Below, one piece after another: positions 1 through 11,094 of a DNA stretch of 64,000 nt. The notes below the pieces were generated by a model. The model saw nothing but the letters and a program-made list of their open reading frames with translations, made no database searches and was not told where the DNA came from. Numbering within the stretch: the first letter of the stretch is position 1; the number at the start of each line of letters is the position of its first letter. Source of the stretch: an uncultured candidate division Zixibacteria bacterium (GTDB taxonomy: Bacteria > Zixibacteria > MSB-5A5 > UBA10806 > 4484-95); the NCBI GenBank assembly GCA_963668625.2, contig CAXXKA010000001.1, forward strand, positions 192,001 to 256,000, written 5' to 3'. Position numbers and translations under genes: made by a program.

Positions 1-2371
1 GTTAAACGAGATCGATGATCATAACTCCGCCGCCGGTTTCGATGATTTATTCGATAGCATTATGCTCGATTGGCCGTTTAGAAACCTGACTGACTATAAC
101 GACGATGAAACGAAAACCTGGATATTCCGGGCGGAGAACGTTCACGATTTCGCGTTTTCGGCCGCTACCGATTTCGTGCTGGATCGGGCGGTCGTTGATG
201 GCGTAATAGTCGACTGCTACTACAAGAGTAACCACCGGCGTAACTGGAGCCCCCGCGCGATCGATACGGCGGTTGAGGCTATGCGCTATTTCAATAACCT
301 GGTCGGCCCCTATCCGTACGATCATTACACGCTGGTATCCTCGACCGTATACGGCGGCATCGAATACCCGTCACTTTCGATGGTGATAATGTATGGCGGA
401 CGAGATATCGATGACCACGGATTCGAAAACGTGATCGCCCATGAACTGGCACATAACTGGTTTTTCGGAGCGATTGCCTCCAACCAGGCCGAACAGGCTT
501 TCATCGATGAAGGATTTACCACCTACCTGACCACTCGTTTCATCGAGCATAAGTATGGTCGTTACGATAACAACCACAACTATCAGGATAAATGGAAAAA
601 ACGGCTCGTACCTACCGGCGACTATCGTAACGATATGTTCAAGAATTACGCCGAATCGATATATGAAGGCTATCAGGAGAAATCCAATCAGCCCGCCAAC
701 CGTTTTAAAACCATGACAACATATCGCAATGCTACCTATAGTAAACCGACATTGCTCGTGTATCATCTTCAATATATTTTAGGCGATGAGAAATTTAACG
801 AGTTTTTGCATGAGCTATATGCTCGCTATAAATCAAAACATGTTTATCTAGGGGATATCGAAAATTTGGCGACTGAAATTTACGGCGGTAATATACGGTA
901 CTTTTTCAACCAGTGGTATGATGATACCGCGTATCTCGATTTCGGCTTGAACGGAGTTAAACTCAGGTTAGTCAGCGATCACGGCGTAAACTGGTACCAG
1001 GCGGATTTCAAACTCAAACGTTACGGAAAAGCAATATCGCCACTCGATATCGTAGTTAGTTATGAAAACGGTGAAACCGATACGGTCATGATATCGGAAA
1101 GAGTCTGGGCGGACGGTCGCATCAATTATATACACACGGTCAACTTGCCTTTAAAACCGATCCACGCGGAGTTAAATCCCGATTGCCTCATTCCTGATAT
1201 AAACCGAATGAATAATAATTGGAAATGGCCGAAAGCCAGATTCCAATTCGATACGCCGCGCATTTTTTTCGAGGATGCATATATCGAGCATTACCCGGAA
1301 AGCTACACGTTATACCATCAGCCGAAATTCTGGTATAACGAGGTGGATGGCGTCAAGCCGGGATACTCACTCGATGGCTCCTATCTAGGGGTGAAACACG
1401 ATATGGAAGCGCGAATGGATATCGGTACACTGAGCGGTGAGATAGATTATAACATTCATTATGGCGATATACTTTCCATGAAATATCCCACATTGAGATA
1501 TATAGCAAGCGCCTCTAAACGTGATGGCAGATCGAATCAGGGAGTGGACCTGAGCTACCGTATGCCGGTAACCAACCGCACCTCTACTTTCGAGGCTACT
1601 CTGTCGTTGAACCGCCTCAACTTTTTCGACCGGGACTACCTTGTTTCGCCGTATAGCTGGGAGACCGGGGATATCGTGACATTCGAATTGAACCTGAAAA
1701 GACATCGCGATTACTACCGGATGTCTACCGACTATAGGGCGCATCTCATGAGCGCCGCACCCGGCTCGGAATTCAATTTCAACCGTCTGACACTGGCTTT
1801 CGATTTCAGTGGCGAGCTATCGAGGCATGGTAAAGTATTGGTTGGGTTAATGCATGGTTACAGTGAGGGCGAGGTTCCTGTTTCCCATTTGTTCAATAAC
1901 GCCGGCGCCTCGGCTCTGGATTACTACGGCAATAACTGGTATTCCGCGCGGGGAACATTGCCCGGAGCCTGGTACAGGAACGGCCATCTATTTTTGGATG
2001 ATGGTTTTTCTATGCCGGGGTATCTAAATCGGGGAAACTCCGGCAAGAAAAAACTGGCCGCCAGGATAGAACTCGAATTGGCAAACCCGCTTGTTTATTT
2101 CGATCTGACAGGCAACCCGGTAACCGATCAACTGGCGAAAATTACCAACCGTGTATATGTCAATCACGGCGCTATCTGGAATGATGGCGGATTCCCCGGC
2201 TCGGATGATTTCGATGCCGAGGGTGGATTACATTTTCTCTACGAGTTGCCATATTGGGAGAGGCTGTTCGGCGATCAGAAATTACATCTATACCTGCCGT
2301 TATTGGTATCCTCGCCATACCAGGATGAGAACACGTTCAAATTTCGTTGGGCTTTGATGATTGCTCGGTAG
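1..2371 (+). CDS. M1-family zinc aminopeptidase with long C-terminal beta-rich extension (5'-truncated by the window)
   Basis: HELAH zinc motif, downstream IDEG glutamate and GGIEYP exopeptidase motif; frame stays open upstream of ATG 62 to the window edge. Confidence 0.85.
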   Translation, partial: LNEIDDHNSAAGFDDLFDSIMLDWPFRNLTDYNDDETKTWIFRAENVHDFAFSAATDFVLDRAVVDGVIVDCYYKSNHRRNWSPRAIDTAVEAMRYFNNLVGPYPYDHYTLVSSTVYGGIEYPSLSMVIMYGGRDIDDHGFENVIAHELAHNWFFGAIASNQAEQAFIDEGFTTYLTTRFIEHKYGRYDNNHNYQDKWKKRLVPTGDYRNDMFKNYAESIYEGYQEKSNQPANRFKTMTTYRNATYSKPTLLVYHLQYILGDEKFNEFLHELYARYKSKHVYLGDIENLATEIYGGNIRYFFNQWYDDTAYLDFGLNGVKLRLVSDHGVNWYQADFKLKRYGKAISPLDIVVSYENGETDTVMISERVWADGRINYIHTVNLPLKPIHAELNPDCLIPDINRMNNNWKWPKARFQFDTPRIFFEDAYIEHYPESYTLYHQPKFWYNEVDGVKPGYSLDGSYLGVKHDMEARMDIGTLSGEIDYNIHYGDILSMKYPTLRYIASASKRDGRSNQGVDLSYRMPVTNRTSTFEATLSLNRLNFFDRDYLVSPYSWETGDIVTFELNLKRHRDYYRMSTDYRAHLMSAAPGSEFNFNRLTLAFDFSGELSRHGKVLVGLMHGYSEGEVPVSHLFNNAGASALDYYGNNWYSARGTLPGAWYRNGHLFLDDGFSMPGYLNRGNSGKKKLAARIELELANPLVYFDLTGNPVTDQLAKITNRVYVNHGAIWNDGGFPGSDDFDAEGGLHFLYELPYWERLFGDQKLHLYLPLLVSSPYQDENTFKFRWALMIAR

Positions 2372-2465
2372 TTTCTTGTTAGTGTCAAATTGAAATGCTT
2401 TCATTAGATAATTCAGGTCATTAGTGTCCGGTGTTTTTCGGTAATTATTAAATTTCTCCTTGGAA

Positions 2466-2495
2466 TTGTTAGTGAAAGAATTTTTCCGATATAAT
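2466..2495 (+). promoter_or_regulatory. sigma70-like promoter upstream of a structured non-coding region
   Basis: TTGTTA-N18-TATAAT. Confidence 0.4.
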
Positions 2496-3008
2496 TATTA
2501 TATTCAGCGTATTATGCATCCTGATATGTCCTGCCGATGTTAGGCTTAGTTTCCTGGTTTCCAAGCGCTGCCTGGAAGCCTTTTTGAGTCATGTAGAGTG
2601 CGCATTCTACAGGCAAAAAAGCCACATTGCGAAGCAGCGCTTCGCAACGAGATGGAAAGGCCGGACAGTAGTGAATTCAGGTAAAGAAATATAATTGTGA
2701 CAGCCTCTCCGCGTCTGCCATCTTTTATTTACAGCTATGCCGGTTGGGACACCTTCTGGGTAAGCGAGGATATACCCCAACCACAGCCCCGAGGATTCCG
2801 CCCCGCTCATTGCATATAATAGATGTAAAATGTTTTCTTTAATTAGTATCGTCCAGGTCCATTACTTAAAGGAATATACGAAACTCAGTTAATTTTGCCG
2901 GATGGAATTCTTTCCCTCCGGCGGCTTTACTGGAAGAAATCCCTGATTATCCGCCTAATTAGCCTAATCCCGGAAATATAATTATTTGGTTATAAATGCC
3001 GGTGTTTC

Positions 3009-3037
3009 TTGACTAAAACCTGCTAATATATTACAAT
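3009..3037 (+). promoter_or_regulatory. sigma70 promoter of lysS
   Basis: TTGACT-N17-TACAAT, followed by GGAGG SD and TTG start. Confidence 0.7.
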
Positions 3038-3060
3038 TACCATCTTAAATTGGAGGTAAT

Positions 3061-4521
3061 TTGGAACAGATACCGGAACATATTCAACACAGATTGGATA
3101 AGCTTAAAGCGCTAAAAGAGATGGGAGTGAATCCCTATCCTTATCGTTATGATAAAACTCATAATTCAATAACGTTAATAGACGATTTCGAGAAGCTCTC
3201 CGAGGAGGGCTCGAAAGTAAAATATGCCGGGCGGTTGATTAGCCTGAGAGGACACGGCAAAACATTGTTTGCCCACGTCATGGATGACGCCGGCAAGGTG
3301 CAAATTTACGCCCGCAAGGATGCCATGGGGGAGAGTTTCGAGATATTCAAGAAACTCGATATCGGCGATTTCGTCGGGATTGAGGGCACGATGTTCAAAA
3401 CCAAGACCGAGGAGATCACGATAAAGGTTGAAATTGTCGAGATATTGGCGAAATCATTACAGCCATTGCCCGAAAAATATCATGGGCTACAGGATAAAGA
3501 GCTTCGCTACCGTCGGCGTTATCTAGATATGATTGCCAATCCCGAGGTTAAGGATGTTTTTATCAAGCGAGCCATGATTACCAAAGAAATTCGCGATTTC
3601 ATGGATCAACGAGGATTCCTGGAGGTCGAAACCCCGGTACTTCAGCCGATATACGGAGGCGCCGCCGCTCGCCCGTTCGTGACTCATCACAACGCACTGG
3701 ATATCGAGTTATACCTTCGTATTGCAGATGAGCTTTATCTCAAACGCCTGATTATCGGCGGTTTCGAGAAAGTCTACGAGATGGCCAAAGACTTTCGCAA
3801 CGAGGGTATGGACAAAAGCCATAACCCGGAATTCACCATGCTGGAGTTCTACTGGGCTTACGCCGACTACAACGATTTGATGGAGATGCTCGAGGAGATG
3901 TACCGCGAACTGGCGCGTAAAGTAACCGGCTCACTTCAGGTAAAATTCGGAGAACATACTATCGATTTCGAGAAACCGTTCGCCCGCTTGCCGTATTTCC
4001 AGGGCATTAACGAGGCCTGTGGTTGTGATGTGGCTACTCTCGATGAGGCTGCTTTGAAAGAGCTGTGCAAAAAACACGGCATCGATGCTTCGAAATTCAA
4101 AGGTAACGGCGATTACTATGACGCGATGTTCGAGCATTTCGTCGAACCCAAACTTATCCAGCCGACATTCCTGATCGATTTCCCTAAAGAGATTTCACCG
4201 CTGGCTAAGGTTCATCGCGAAAACCCCAAACTGGCCGAGCGATTCGAGCTGTTTATTTGTGGATTCGAATTCGGCAACGCTTTTACCGAGCTTAACGATC
4301 CCCAGGATCAGCGCAACCGTATGGAGGCGCAATCGAAACTGATCGATCGAGGGCATGAGGAAGCGCAGCCGGTGGATGAGGATTTCATATTCGCCATGGA
4401 ACACGGTATGCCGCCGACCGCCGGTTATGGTGTTGGAATAGATCGTGTGGTTATGCTCCTGACTGATTCACTCTCAATCCGAGATATTATTCTTTTCCCA
4501 ACTATGAAACCGGAGGAATAA
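3061..4521 (+). CDS. lysS: Lysine--tRNA ligase (class II)
   Basis: YRRRYLD, FRNEG, HNPEF, GIDR motifs; OB-fold N-terminus. Confidence 0.97.
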   Translation: MEQIPEHIQHRLDKLKALKEMGVNPYPYRYDKTHNSITLIDDFEKLSEEGSKVKYAGRLISLRGHGKTLFAHVMDDAGKVQIYARKDAMGESFEIFKKLDIGDFVGIEGTMFKTKTEEITIKVEIVEILAKSLQPLPEKYHGLQDKELRYRRRYLDMIANPEVKDVFIKRAMITKEIRDFMDQRGFLEVETPVLQPIYGGAAARPFVTHHNALDIELYLRIADELYLKRLIIGGFEKVYEMAKDFRNEGMDKSHNPEFTMLEFYWAYADYNDLMEMLEEMYRELARKVTGSLQVKFGEHTIDFEKPFARLPYFQGINEACGCDVATLDEAALKELCKKHGIDASKFKGNGDYYDAMFEHFVEPKLIQPTFLIDFPKEISPLAKVHRENPKLAERFELFICGFEFGNAFTELNDPQDQRNRMEAQSKLIDRGHEEAQPVDEDFIFAMEHGMPPTAGYGVGIDRVVMLLTDSLSIRDIILFPTMKPEE

Positions 4522-4528
4522 CTACTCC

Positions 4529-5758
4529 ATGTCATTTGAATATAATATTGCCAGACGCTACATGAAATCGCGTTATCGCTATAGTATTGTCTCGGTGATA
4601 ACGCTGATTTCCATTCTCGGCGTGGCTATCGGCTCGGCTGCTTTGATAGTCGTATTGTCGGTGATGAACGGATTCGAGGATGAGATCCGGTCGCGAATTA
4701 TCGGCACCGGCTCGGATATAATCATAACTCACGTCACCGGCGACCCTATTCAGGACTGGCAGCAGTTGATGGATACGATTATGACAGCCGAGGGAGTCAC
4801 CGCGGTTGCGCCAACCGTGCAAAGCAAATGCGCCATTGCCAGCAAATACGAATCCGATGGAATCGTAATTCGGGGGATAGTCCCGGAGATGGAGGATAAA
4901 GTATCCCGGGTGCGTGAATACCTGATCACCGAGAATTTTTCGTTCGATACCTCCGATACCGCGGCGGTCGGAATCTGGCTGGGCGCCGGCGTCGCCGACA
5001 GGCTGGGAATCGGTGTTAACGATAAAGTTAAAGTGTTTTCCTTAAGTGATGCCGTTACCAACCTGACAGGCTTGATGCCCAAAGCCCTGGCCTGTAAAGT
5101 GGCCGGGATATTCGAGACAGGCATGTTCGAGTATGATGCCAACCTGGCCTATATGCCGCTCGAGGCCGCCCAGGACCTGTTCAATCTGGATGGCGCGATC
5201 ACCAACATATCGGTAAAAACATATGATATCTACCAGGCCGATAAAATTGCCATCGAGCTGGATAAGATTATCGGATTCAAATACTATTCTACCGATTGGA
5301 AGATTCTCAATCGCAACATATTCTCCTGGATGGAACTGGAGAAATGGGCGAGTTTCATCACCCTGTCACTGATTATCGCGGTGGCCGCATTCAATATCAT
5401 CTCCTCGCTGATTATGGTGGTGCTGGAGAAAAAACGCGATATCGGAGTATTGATATCGCTGGGCATGACGCCCGCCCGAATCAAAAAGATATTTATCTTC
5501 CAGGGTATAACAATTGGGGCAATAGGCTGTATCGGGGGATGCCTTCTGGGATTTATTCTAAGCTACATTCAGTTAAAATTCGGGATTATTTCGTTGCCTG
5601 AGGAGTATTACTTTATAAAGGATTTACCGGTTAAGATGCAGGTGCTCGATTTCGTGTTCGTGTCGCTGGCCGCGTTTACCTTATCCTTTCTGGCAACGCT
5701 CTATCCGGCTACCCGGGCATCCGGCTTGAATCCGGTTGAGGCAATAAAGTATGAATAG
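4529..5758 (+). CDS. lolE: Lipoprotein-releasing ABC transporter permease LolC/E
   Basis: VLSVMNGF, YPATRAS..NPVEAI motifs; adjacent to lolD. Confidence 0.9.
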   Translation: MSFEYNIARRYMKSRYRYSIVSVITLISILGVAIGSAALIVVLSVMNGFEDEIRSRIIGTGSDIIITHVTGDPIQDWQQLMDTIMTAEGVTAVAPTVQSKCAIASKYESDGIVIRGIVPEMEDKVSRVREYLITENFSFDTSDTAAVGIWLGAGVADRLGIGVNDKVKVFSLSDAVTNLTGLMPKALACKVAGIFETGMFEYDANLAYMPLEAAQDLFNLDGAITNISVKTYDIYQADKIAIELDKIIGFKYYSTDWKILNRNIFSWMELEKWASFITLSLIIAVAAFNIISSLIMVVLEKKRDIGVLISLGMTPARIKKIFIFQGITIGAIGCIGGCLLGFILSYIQLKFGIISLPEEYYFIKDLPVKMQVLDFVFVSLAAFTLSFLATLYPATRASGLNPVEAIKYE

Positions 5759-6464
5759 GTTAAACATGGAAGATCATAATACTCAGAAAATCATTTTATC
5801 TGCCGAGAATATATATAAAAGATACACCTCGGAGGGAGAGAATCTCGAGGTGCTCAGAGGGGCTAACTTGGTTTTGACCACAGGCGAGATGGCGGTACTT
5901 TTGGGCGATTCCGGCACCGGCAAATCTACCATGCTTCATATTCTTGGCACTCTTGATAAACCCGAAAGCGGAAAGGTGATATATAAAGGCATTGATGTTA
6001 CAACATTTGACACCCGAAAACTTGCCCGATTTCGCAACCGGGAGGTTGGTTTTGTCTATCAATTCCACCATTTGCTGCCGGAGTTCAGCGCCCTTGAAAA
6101 CGTTATGATGCCTGGGCTTATTGATGGAATGGACAATAAAAGCGCCGGCGATAGAGCAGCCCGATTACTCGATGACGTTGGCCTCTCTCGTCGTGTGAAA
6201 CATTACCCGAGGCAGCTTTCGGGGGGCGAGGCGCAACGAGTTGCGGTTGCCAGGGCGTTATTTAATAAACCCAGGGTGATATATGCCGATGAACCTACTG
6301 GGAACCTTGACATTAAGACAGGCGACCGTTTAATGGAGCTTTTCGAGAAACTTAACCGCGAGTTGGATCAGACATTTTTGATCGCAACTCATAATCAACG
6401 GCTAAGCGATAGAGCGACCCGGAAGTACGTTATTGAGGATGGAGTAATCGAAAGCATCGCATAA
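5751..6464 (+). CDS. lolD: Lipoprotein-releasing ABC transporter ATPase
   Basis: Walker A GDSGTGKST, GFVYQFHHLLPEF LolD motif, LSGGE. Confidence 0.92.
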   Translation: MNRLNMEDHNTQKIILSAENIYKRYTSEGENLEVLRGANLVLTTGEMAVLLGDSGTGKSTMLHILGTLDKPESGKVIYKGIDVTTFDTRKLARFRNREVGFVYQFHHLLPEFSALENVMMPGLIDGMDNKSAGDRAARLLDDVGLSRRVKHYPRQLSGGEAQRVAVARALFNKPRVIYADEPTGNLDIKTGDRLMELFEKLNRELDQTFLIATHNQRLSDRATRKYVIEDGVIESIA

Positions 6465-6491
6465 ACTTAGCGATACGAAGACAACTGTGGT

Positions 6492-6517
6492 GAAACTGTT
6501 TGACAGCTTTTTAAGTT
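6492..6517 (+). promoter_or_regulatory. Putative ECF-sigma promoter of mcsA-mcsB-clpC
   Basis: GAAAC-N18-GTT, same spacing as the sites upstream of trxA and ccdA. Confidence 0.45.
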
Positions 6518-6538
6518 GTTGATAGCAAGAGGTGTTAC

Positions 6539-7066
6539 ATGCTATGCCAGGATTGTAATAAAAAGGATGCCACGATTCATCTGACACAAATTGTCAATAA
6601 TGAAAAAGTGGTTTTGAATCTTTGTAAGAACTGCGCGGAAAAAAGAGGGTTCCATTCGCCTTTCGAGCAGATGCCGTTCCCTCTGGCCGATATAGTTTCA
6701 GGAATGGTAGGGCCGATGATGCCGGAGAGCAAAGGAAAAAAGAAAAAAGAAGCCAAAGGCAATATGAAATGCCCCAATTGTGGCTTGACTTTCAGCGAAT
6801 TCGGAAAGATTGGCCGACTGGGCTGCCCCAATTGCTACACCGCATTCAAACCGGAACTGTCCAACCTTCTGCGAAGAATTCACGGCTCGGCCGATCATCG
6901 CGGCCAAATAGCTGATACACCAGCCGAGGATGCCAAATATCTCCGCGAGGATCAACGCCTGCGCGAGGAACTTCGCAAAGCCATAGAGGACGAGAATTTC
7001 GAGATGGCCGCCGAGTTGAGAGATCGTATCCGTGAACTTACCGGAAAAGCGAAGGGGGATGATTAA
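6539..7066 (+). CDS. mcsA: Protein-arginine kinase activator McsA
   Basis: CxxC zinc motifs, GRLGCPNCY, C-terminal UVR domain. Confidence 0.93.
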   Translation: MLCQDCNKKDATIHLTQIVNNEKVVLNLCKNCAEKRGFHSPFEQMPFPLADIVSGMVGPMMPESKGKKKKEAKGNMKCPNCGLTFSEFGKIGRLGCPNCYTAFKPELSNLLRRIHGSADHRGQIADTPAEDAKYLREDQRLREELRKAIEDENFEMAAELRDRIRELTGKAKGDD

Positions 7067-7068
7067 TC

Positions 7069-8118
7069 ATGTTTGAGGAAATGGCTAAAAAGCCTGCTGC
7101 CTGGCTGACCGGCGAGGGACCCGGTTCTGAAACCGTACTCTCCTCGAGAATCAGGCTGGCCCGCAATATATCAGAATTCAAATTTCCACCATCCGTGGAT
7201 ACCGATACTCGCGACGAGATAGTGGAGTTCGTCCAGACCTCGTTCGAGGCCGCCAGCATTCTCGATAACGGCGGATTTTTCAAATCCAACGATATCAATT
7301 CTCTCGATAGAAATTTCCTGGTGGAAAGACATCTGATTTCGCCCGAGTTCATGAAAGACGGTGGGATCGGACGCGGCGTATTTATCGATAATTCCGAGCA
7401 GCTTTCGATTATGGTAAACGAGGAGGATCATATTCGACTCCAGGTTATATCATCGGGGCTGTCCATGGATAAGTGCTGGGAGATGGCGCGCAATGTCGAC
7501 TCCAAGCTATCGCATAAGATGGATTTTGCTTATGATGATAAATTCGGCCATCTGACATCCTGTCCTACGAATGTCGGTACCGGCTTAAGGGCCTCGATAC
7601 TCATTCATCTCCCCGGACTGGTGCTTACCCGCGAAATCGAACAGGTGATCAACAAGATTTCGAAAGTCGGTCTGGTAGTTCGCGGTTTCTATGGCGAGGG
7701 CACGGATGTTTTAGGCAACCTGTTCCAGATATCCAACCAGACTACTCTTGGCCGCTCCGAGGAGGAGATCATCGATTCGCTGGCTAAAGTGACCGAACAG
7801 ATTATCGAGTGGGAAACCAACGCCCAGGAGAAAATGATGGAGGATGCCGCCGACCAGATCGAGGATAAGGTATGGCGTTCTTATGGCATACTCAAATACG
7901 CCCGGGTACTCAACTCAGGCGAGGTGATGAATTTACTTTCGGCCTTGAGGTTGGGGATTTCTCTTAAACTGATGGATAAAATTAAATTGAAAGATATCAA
8001 CGAGCTGTTGATTATCACTCAACCGGCGCATTTACAAAAATATTACGATAAAGAGATGGATAATGATGAACGCGATATGGTTCGTGCCGAGCTAGTTCGC
8101 GAACGATTGAATGTTTAG
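7069..8118 (+). CDS. mcsB: Protein-arginine kinase McsB
   Basis: SSRIRLARN, NEEDH, TSCPTNVGTG motifs. Confidence 0.95.
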   Translation: MFEEMAKKPAAWLTGEGPGSETVLSSRIRLARNISEFKFPPSVDTDTRDEIVEFVQTSFEAASILDNGGFFKSNDINSLDRNFLVERHLISPEFMKDGGIGRGVFIDNSEQLSIMVNEEDHIRLQVISSGLSMDKCWEMARNVDSKLSHKMDFAYDDKFGHLTSCPTNVGTGLRASILIHLPGLVLTREIEQVINKISKVGLVVRGFYGEGTDVLGNLFQISNQTTLGRSEEEIIDSLAKVTEQIIEWETNAQEKMMEDAADQIEDKVWRSYGILKYARVLNSGEVMNLLSALRLGISLKLMDKIKLKDINELLIITQPAHLQKYYDKEMDNDERDMVRAELVRERLNV

Positions 8119-8144
8119 CAATATAACTGACTGGGAGATAGATT

Positions 8145-10634
8145 ATGAATGAAATGTTCACTGAAAAAGCTAGACGGGCAATAGAGTATGCTCGTGATGA
8201 GGCCGCCAGGCTAAAACACGATTATATCGGCACCGAGCATTTACTTCTCGGTCTGGTCCGACTCAACGAGGGCAAGTCGATCGATATACTGCAGAATATC
8301 GGTATCGAACTCGGCGAGCTCAAAAAGAGCGTTGAGGATATAGTACAACCCTCGGGCGGTACCATGCAGATGGGTCAGTTGCCGCTTACGGCCCGGGCTA
8401 AAAAAACTTTGGAGATTTCCGGTAACGAGGCCAGAGCGCTTCGTTCTAAAGATATAGATACCGAGCACATACTGCTCGCGCTTTTGAAAGATGAGGAAGG
8501 TGTCGCCGCCCAGGTGCTTTCGATGTATGATATCGATTACAAAGAGGTGTACGAGGAACTGCGCAATATCCAGCAGGGCAAACCCTCATCGTTTGGCAAG
8601 AAACGCAAAAAATCGAAAACCCCGGCGCTCGACCATTTTGGCCGCGACCTGACAGAGCTGGCTCGCAGAAGCAAGCTCGACCCGATCATCGGCAGGGATG
8701 ATGAGATCGATCGTATCATCCAGATACTTTCGCGTCGTAAGAAAAACAATCCCGTGCTTATCGGCGAACCCGGCGTTGGTAAAACCGCCATAGCCGAGGG
8801 CCTGGCCCAGAAAATAGTCGAGGCCAAAGTGCCGCAAATCCTCGAGGATAAGAGGATCGTTACCCTGGATATGGCCTCGCTGGTGGCCGGTACCAAGTAC
8901 CGTGGCCAGTTCGAGGAACGCTTGAAAGCGGTTATGCAGGAGATAATGAACTCACAGGATGTGATTATCTTCATTGATGAGCTTCATACGATTGTCGGAG
9001 CCGGCGGGGCAGAGGGCAGTTTGGATGCCTCTAATATATTCAAACCAGCTTTATCTCGTGGCGAACTCCAGTGTATCGGCGCCACCACCTTGAACGAGTA
9101 CCGCAAGTATATCGAGAAAGACGGCGCGCTGGATAGAAGATTCCAGACTGTCATGGTTAACCCGCCCAGCGCCGAGGATACGGTGGAGATATTGAAAGGC
9201 CTGCGTGAACGCTACGAGGATCATCACAAGGTTAAAATCACCGATGAGGCAATCAAAGCGGCGGTTTCGCTTTCCGATAGATATATTTCGGGTAAATTCC
9301 AACCGGATAAATCCATTGATGTTATAGATGAAACCGGCAGCCGGGCCCATCTGAACGCTTTCACCAAGCCCGATAGTTTCGGCAATCTCGAGGATGAGAT
9401 AATCGAACTGACCAAGCAGAAAGATACCGCCGTAAAATCGCAGGAATTCGAGAAAGCCGCCCATTTGAGAGATCAAATAAAACTCAAAAAAGAACAGCTC
9501 GAAAAAGATAAAAAAGAATGGGAAGAGAAACGCTCCAATAAAAAAGTGGTAATCAAAGAGGATGACATAGCCTCGGTTATCTCCAAGATTACCGGTATTC
9601 CTCTGTTCAAACTCGAGGAGAAGGAATCGAAAAAGTTGCTCAGGATGGAGGAGCAATTGGCCGAGCGTATCGTGGGTCAGGATCAAGCTATCCGTTCGAT
9701 TGCCAAGGCAATCCGCAGAACCCGTGCCGGTTTAAAGGATCCCAGTAAGCCTATCGGTACTTTCATATTCTTAGGCCCTACCGGTGTAGGCAAAACCGAG
9801 TTGGCAAAAACGCTGGCCTCGTTCTTGTTCGAGGATGACGATTCGCTGGTCAGGATCGATATGTCGGAATATATGGAGAAATTCGCGGTATCGCGTCTCA
9901 TAGGCGCGCCTCCCGGATATGTTGGCTATGAGGAGGGCGGTCAGCTTACCGAAAAGGTGAGGCGTAAACCATACTCCGTAGTTCTTCTGGATGAGATCGA
10001 GAAGGCCCATCCTGAGGTATTCAACATCCTTCTGCAGCTTCTGGATGAGGGACAACTTACCGACTCGTTTGGTCGCAAGGTTGATTTCCGTAATACGGTG
10101 GTAATCATGACCTCTAATATGGGTACCCGTCAGGCAAAAGCAGGCAAATCGCTTGGTTTCCAGAAAGCGGATGATAAAACCCAATATGATGGTATGAAAG
10201 ACCGGATCATGGAGGAGGTCAAGAAGACTTTCAATCCCGAACTGGTTAACCGTATCGATGAAATGATTATCTTCCACTCGTTAAGTCGCGAGAATATCAT
10301 GGAGATCATCGGTATTCTTCTTAAAGATGTTGAAACTCGTCTCAGAGAGAAAGATATCATTTTTAATCTTCATGATAGCGCCCGTGATTTCCTGGCCGAT
10401 AAAGGCTTTGATCCCAATTACGGCGCTCGACCGTTGAAACGCTCGATCCAGCGATTCCTGGAGGATCCACTGGCAGAGGAGATTCTGAGGGGAGAGTACT
10501 CCAACGGCTGTAACGTGGAGATATTATTTAACGAGGGCGATGATAATCTATCGTTCAATCTCTCTCCTTTAGAGAAAGTCGATTCCGAGGAGGAGTCCGA
10601 GGAGGAGAACACTGAGGCTGAGAAAACAGTCTAG
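8145..10634 (+). CDS. clpC: ATP-dependent Clp protease ATPase ClpC
   Basis: Clp-N repeats, two AAA+ modules ([16 protein letters not shown]), UVR middle domain. Confidence 0.96.
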   Translation: MNEMFTEKARRAIEYARDEAARLKHDYIGTEHLLLGLVRLNEGKSIDILQNIGIELGELKKSVEDIVQPSGGTMQMGQLPLTARAKKTLEISGNEARALRSKDIDTEHILLALLKDEEGVAAQVLSMYDIDYKEVYEELRNIQQGKPSSFGKKRKKSKTPALDHFGRDLTELARRSKLDPIIGRDDEIDRIIQILSRRKKNNPVLIGEPGVGKTAIAEGLAQKIVEAKVPQILEDKRIVTLDMASLVAGTKYRGQFEERLKAVMQEIMNSQDVIIFIDELHTIVGAGGAEGSLDASNIFKPALSRGELQCIGATTLNEYRKYIEKDGALDRRFQTVMVNPPSAEDTVEILKGLRERYEDHHKVKITDEAIKAAVSLSDRYISGKFQPDKSIDVIDETGSRAHLNAFTKPDSFGNLEDEIIELTKQKDTAVKSQEFEKAAHLRDQIKLKKEQLEKDKKEWEEKRSNKKVVIKEDDIASVISKITGIPLFKLEEKESKKLLRMEEQLAERIVGQDQAIRSIAKAIRRTRAGLKDPSKPIGTFIFLGPTGVGKTELAKTLASFLFEDDDSLVRIDMSEYMEKFAVSRLIGAPPGYVGYEEGGQLTEKVRRKPYSVVLLDEIEKAHPEVFNILLQLLDEGQLTDSFGRKVDFRNTVVIMTSNMGTRQAKAGKSLGFQKADDKTQYDGMKDRIMEEVKKTFNPELVNRIDEMIIFHSLSRENIMEIIGILLKDVETRLREKDIIFNLHDSARDFLADKGFDPNYGARPLKRSIQRFLEDPLAEEILRGEYSNGCNVEILFNEGDDNLSFNLSPLEKVDSEEESEEENTEAEKTV

Positions 10635-10659
10635 TAAACTTAAGTAGTGATAGAAATCC

Positions 10660-10689
10660 ATTAAGCCCGCCTCTTCAGGCGGGTTTAAT
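10660..10689. terminator. Intrinsic terminator hairpin after clpC
   Basis: ATTAAGCCCGCC-tcttca-GGCGGGTTTAAT. Confidence 0.65.
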
Positions 10690-10717
10690 ATTGGTTAAAA
10701 ATTTGTGGGTTTAGGAC

Positions 10718-10745
10718 TTGACATTAAGGCCGAAATCATTAAATT
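10718..10745 (+). promoter_or_regulatory. sigma70 promoter of rpmA
   Basis: TTGACA-N16-TAAATT. Confidence 0.55.
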
Positions 10746-10779
10746 AAGGGTCTGAATTTGAGCGAAAGGAAGTTTTTCG

Positions 10780-11031
10780 ATGGCACATAAAAAAGGTGTT
10801 GGATCCTCAAGGAACGGTCGTGATTCGAATGGTCAGCGCAGAGGCGTCAAACGATTCGCCGGTGAGCGTGTAACCGCCGGTAGCATAATCGTCCGCCAGT
10901 GCGGTACCCGTATTTACCCCGGCGATAATGTCGGCATGGGGAAAGACCACACTCTGTTTGCCACCGCCGATGGCGTTGTTAAATTCATCAGAGTTGGCCG
11001 CGACCGCAAGAAAGTATCCATAATAGACTGA
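10780..11031 (+). CDS. rpmA: 50S ribosomal protein L27
   Basis: [16 protein letters not shown] signature. Confidence 0.98.
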   Translation: MAHKKGVGSSRNGRDSNGQRRGVKRFAGERVTAGSIIVRQCGTRIYPGDNVGMGKDHTLFATADGVVKFIRVGRDRKKVSIID

Positions 11032-11094
11032 GTTTATACCCGGTTATCGAGTGTATCCGGGTTCTTTTGTTCTTTATAACAGAAAATTGTAATA

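Noticed and set aside
2607-2810. 67-aa intergenic ORF; likewise 13275-13469 and 14417-14713
   Set aside because: No SD or motifs; these overlap hairpin-rich non-coding elements
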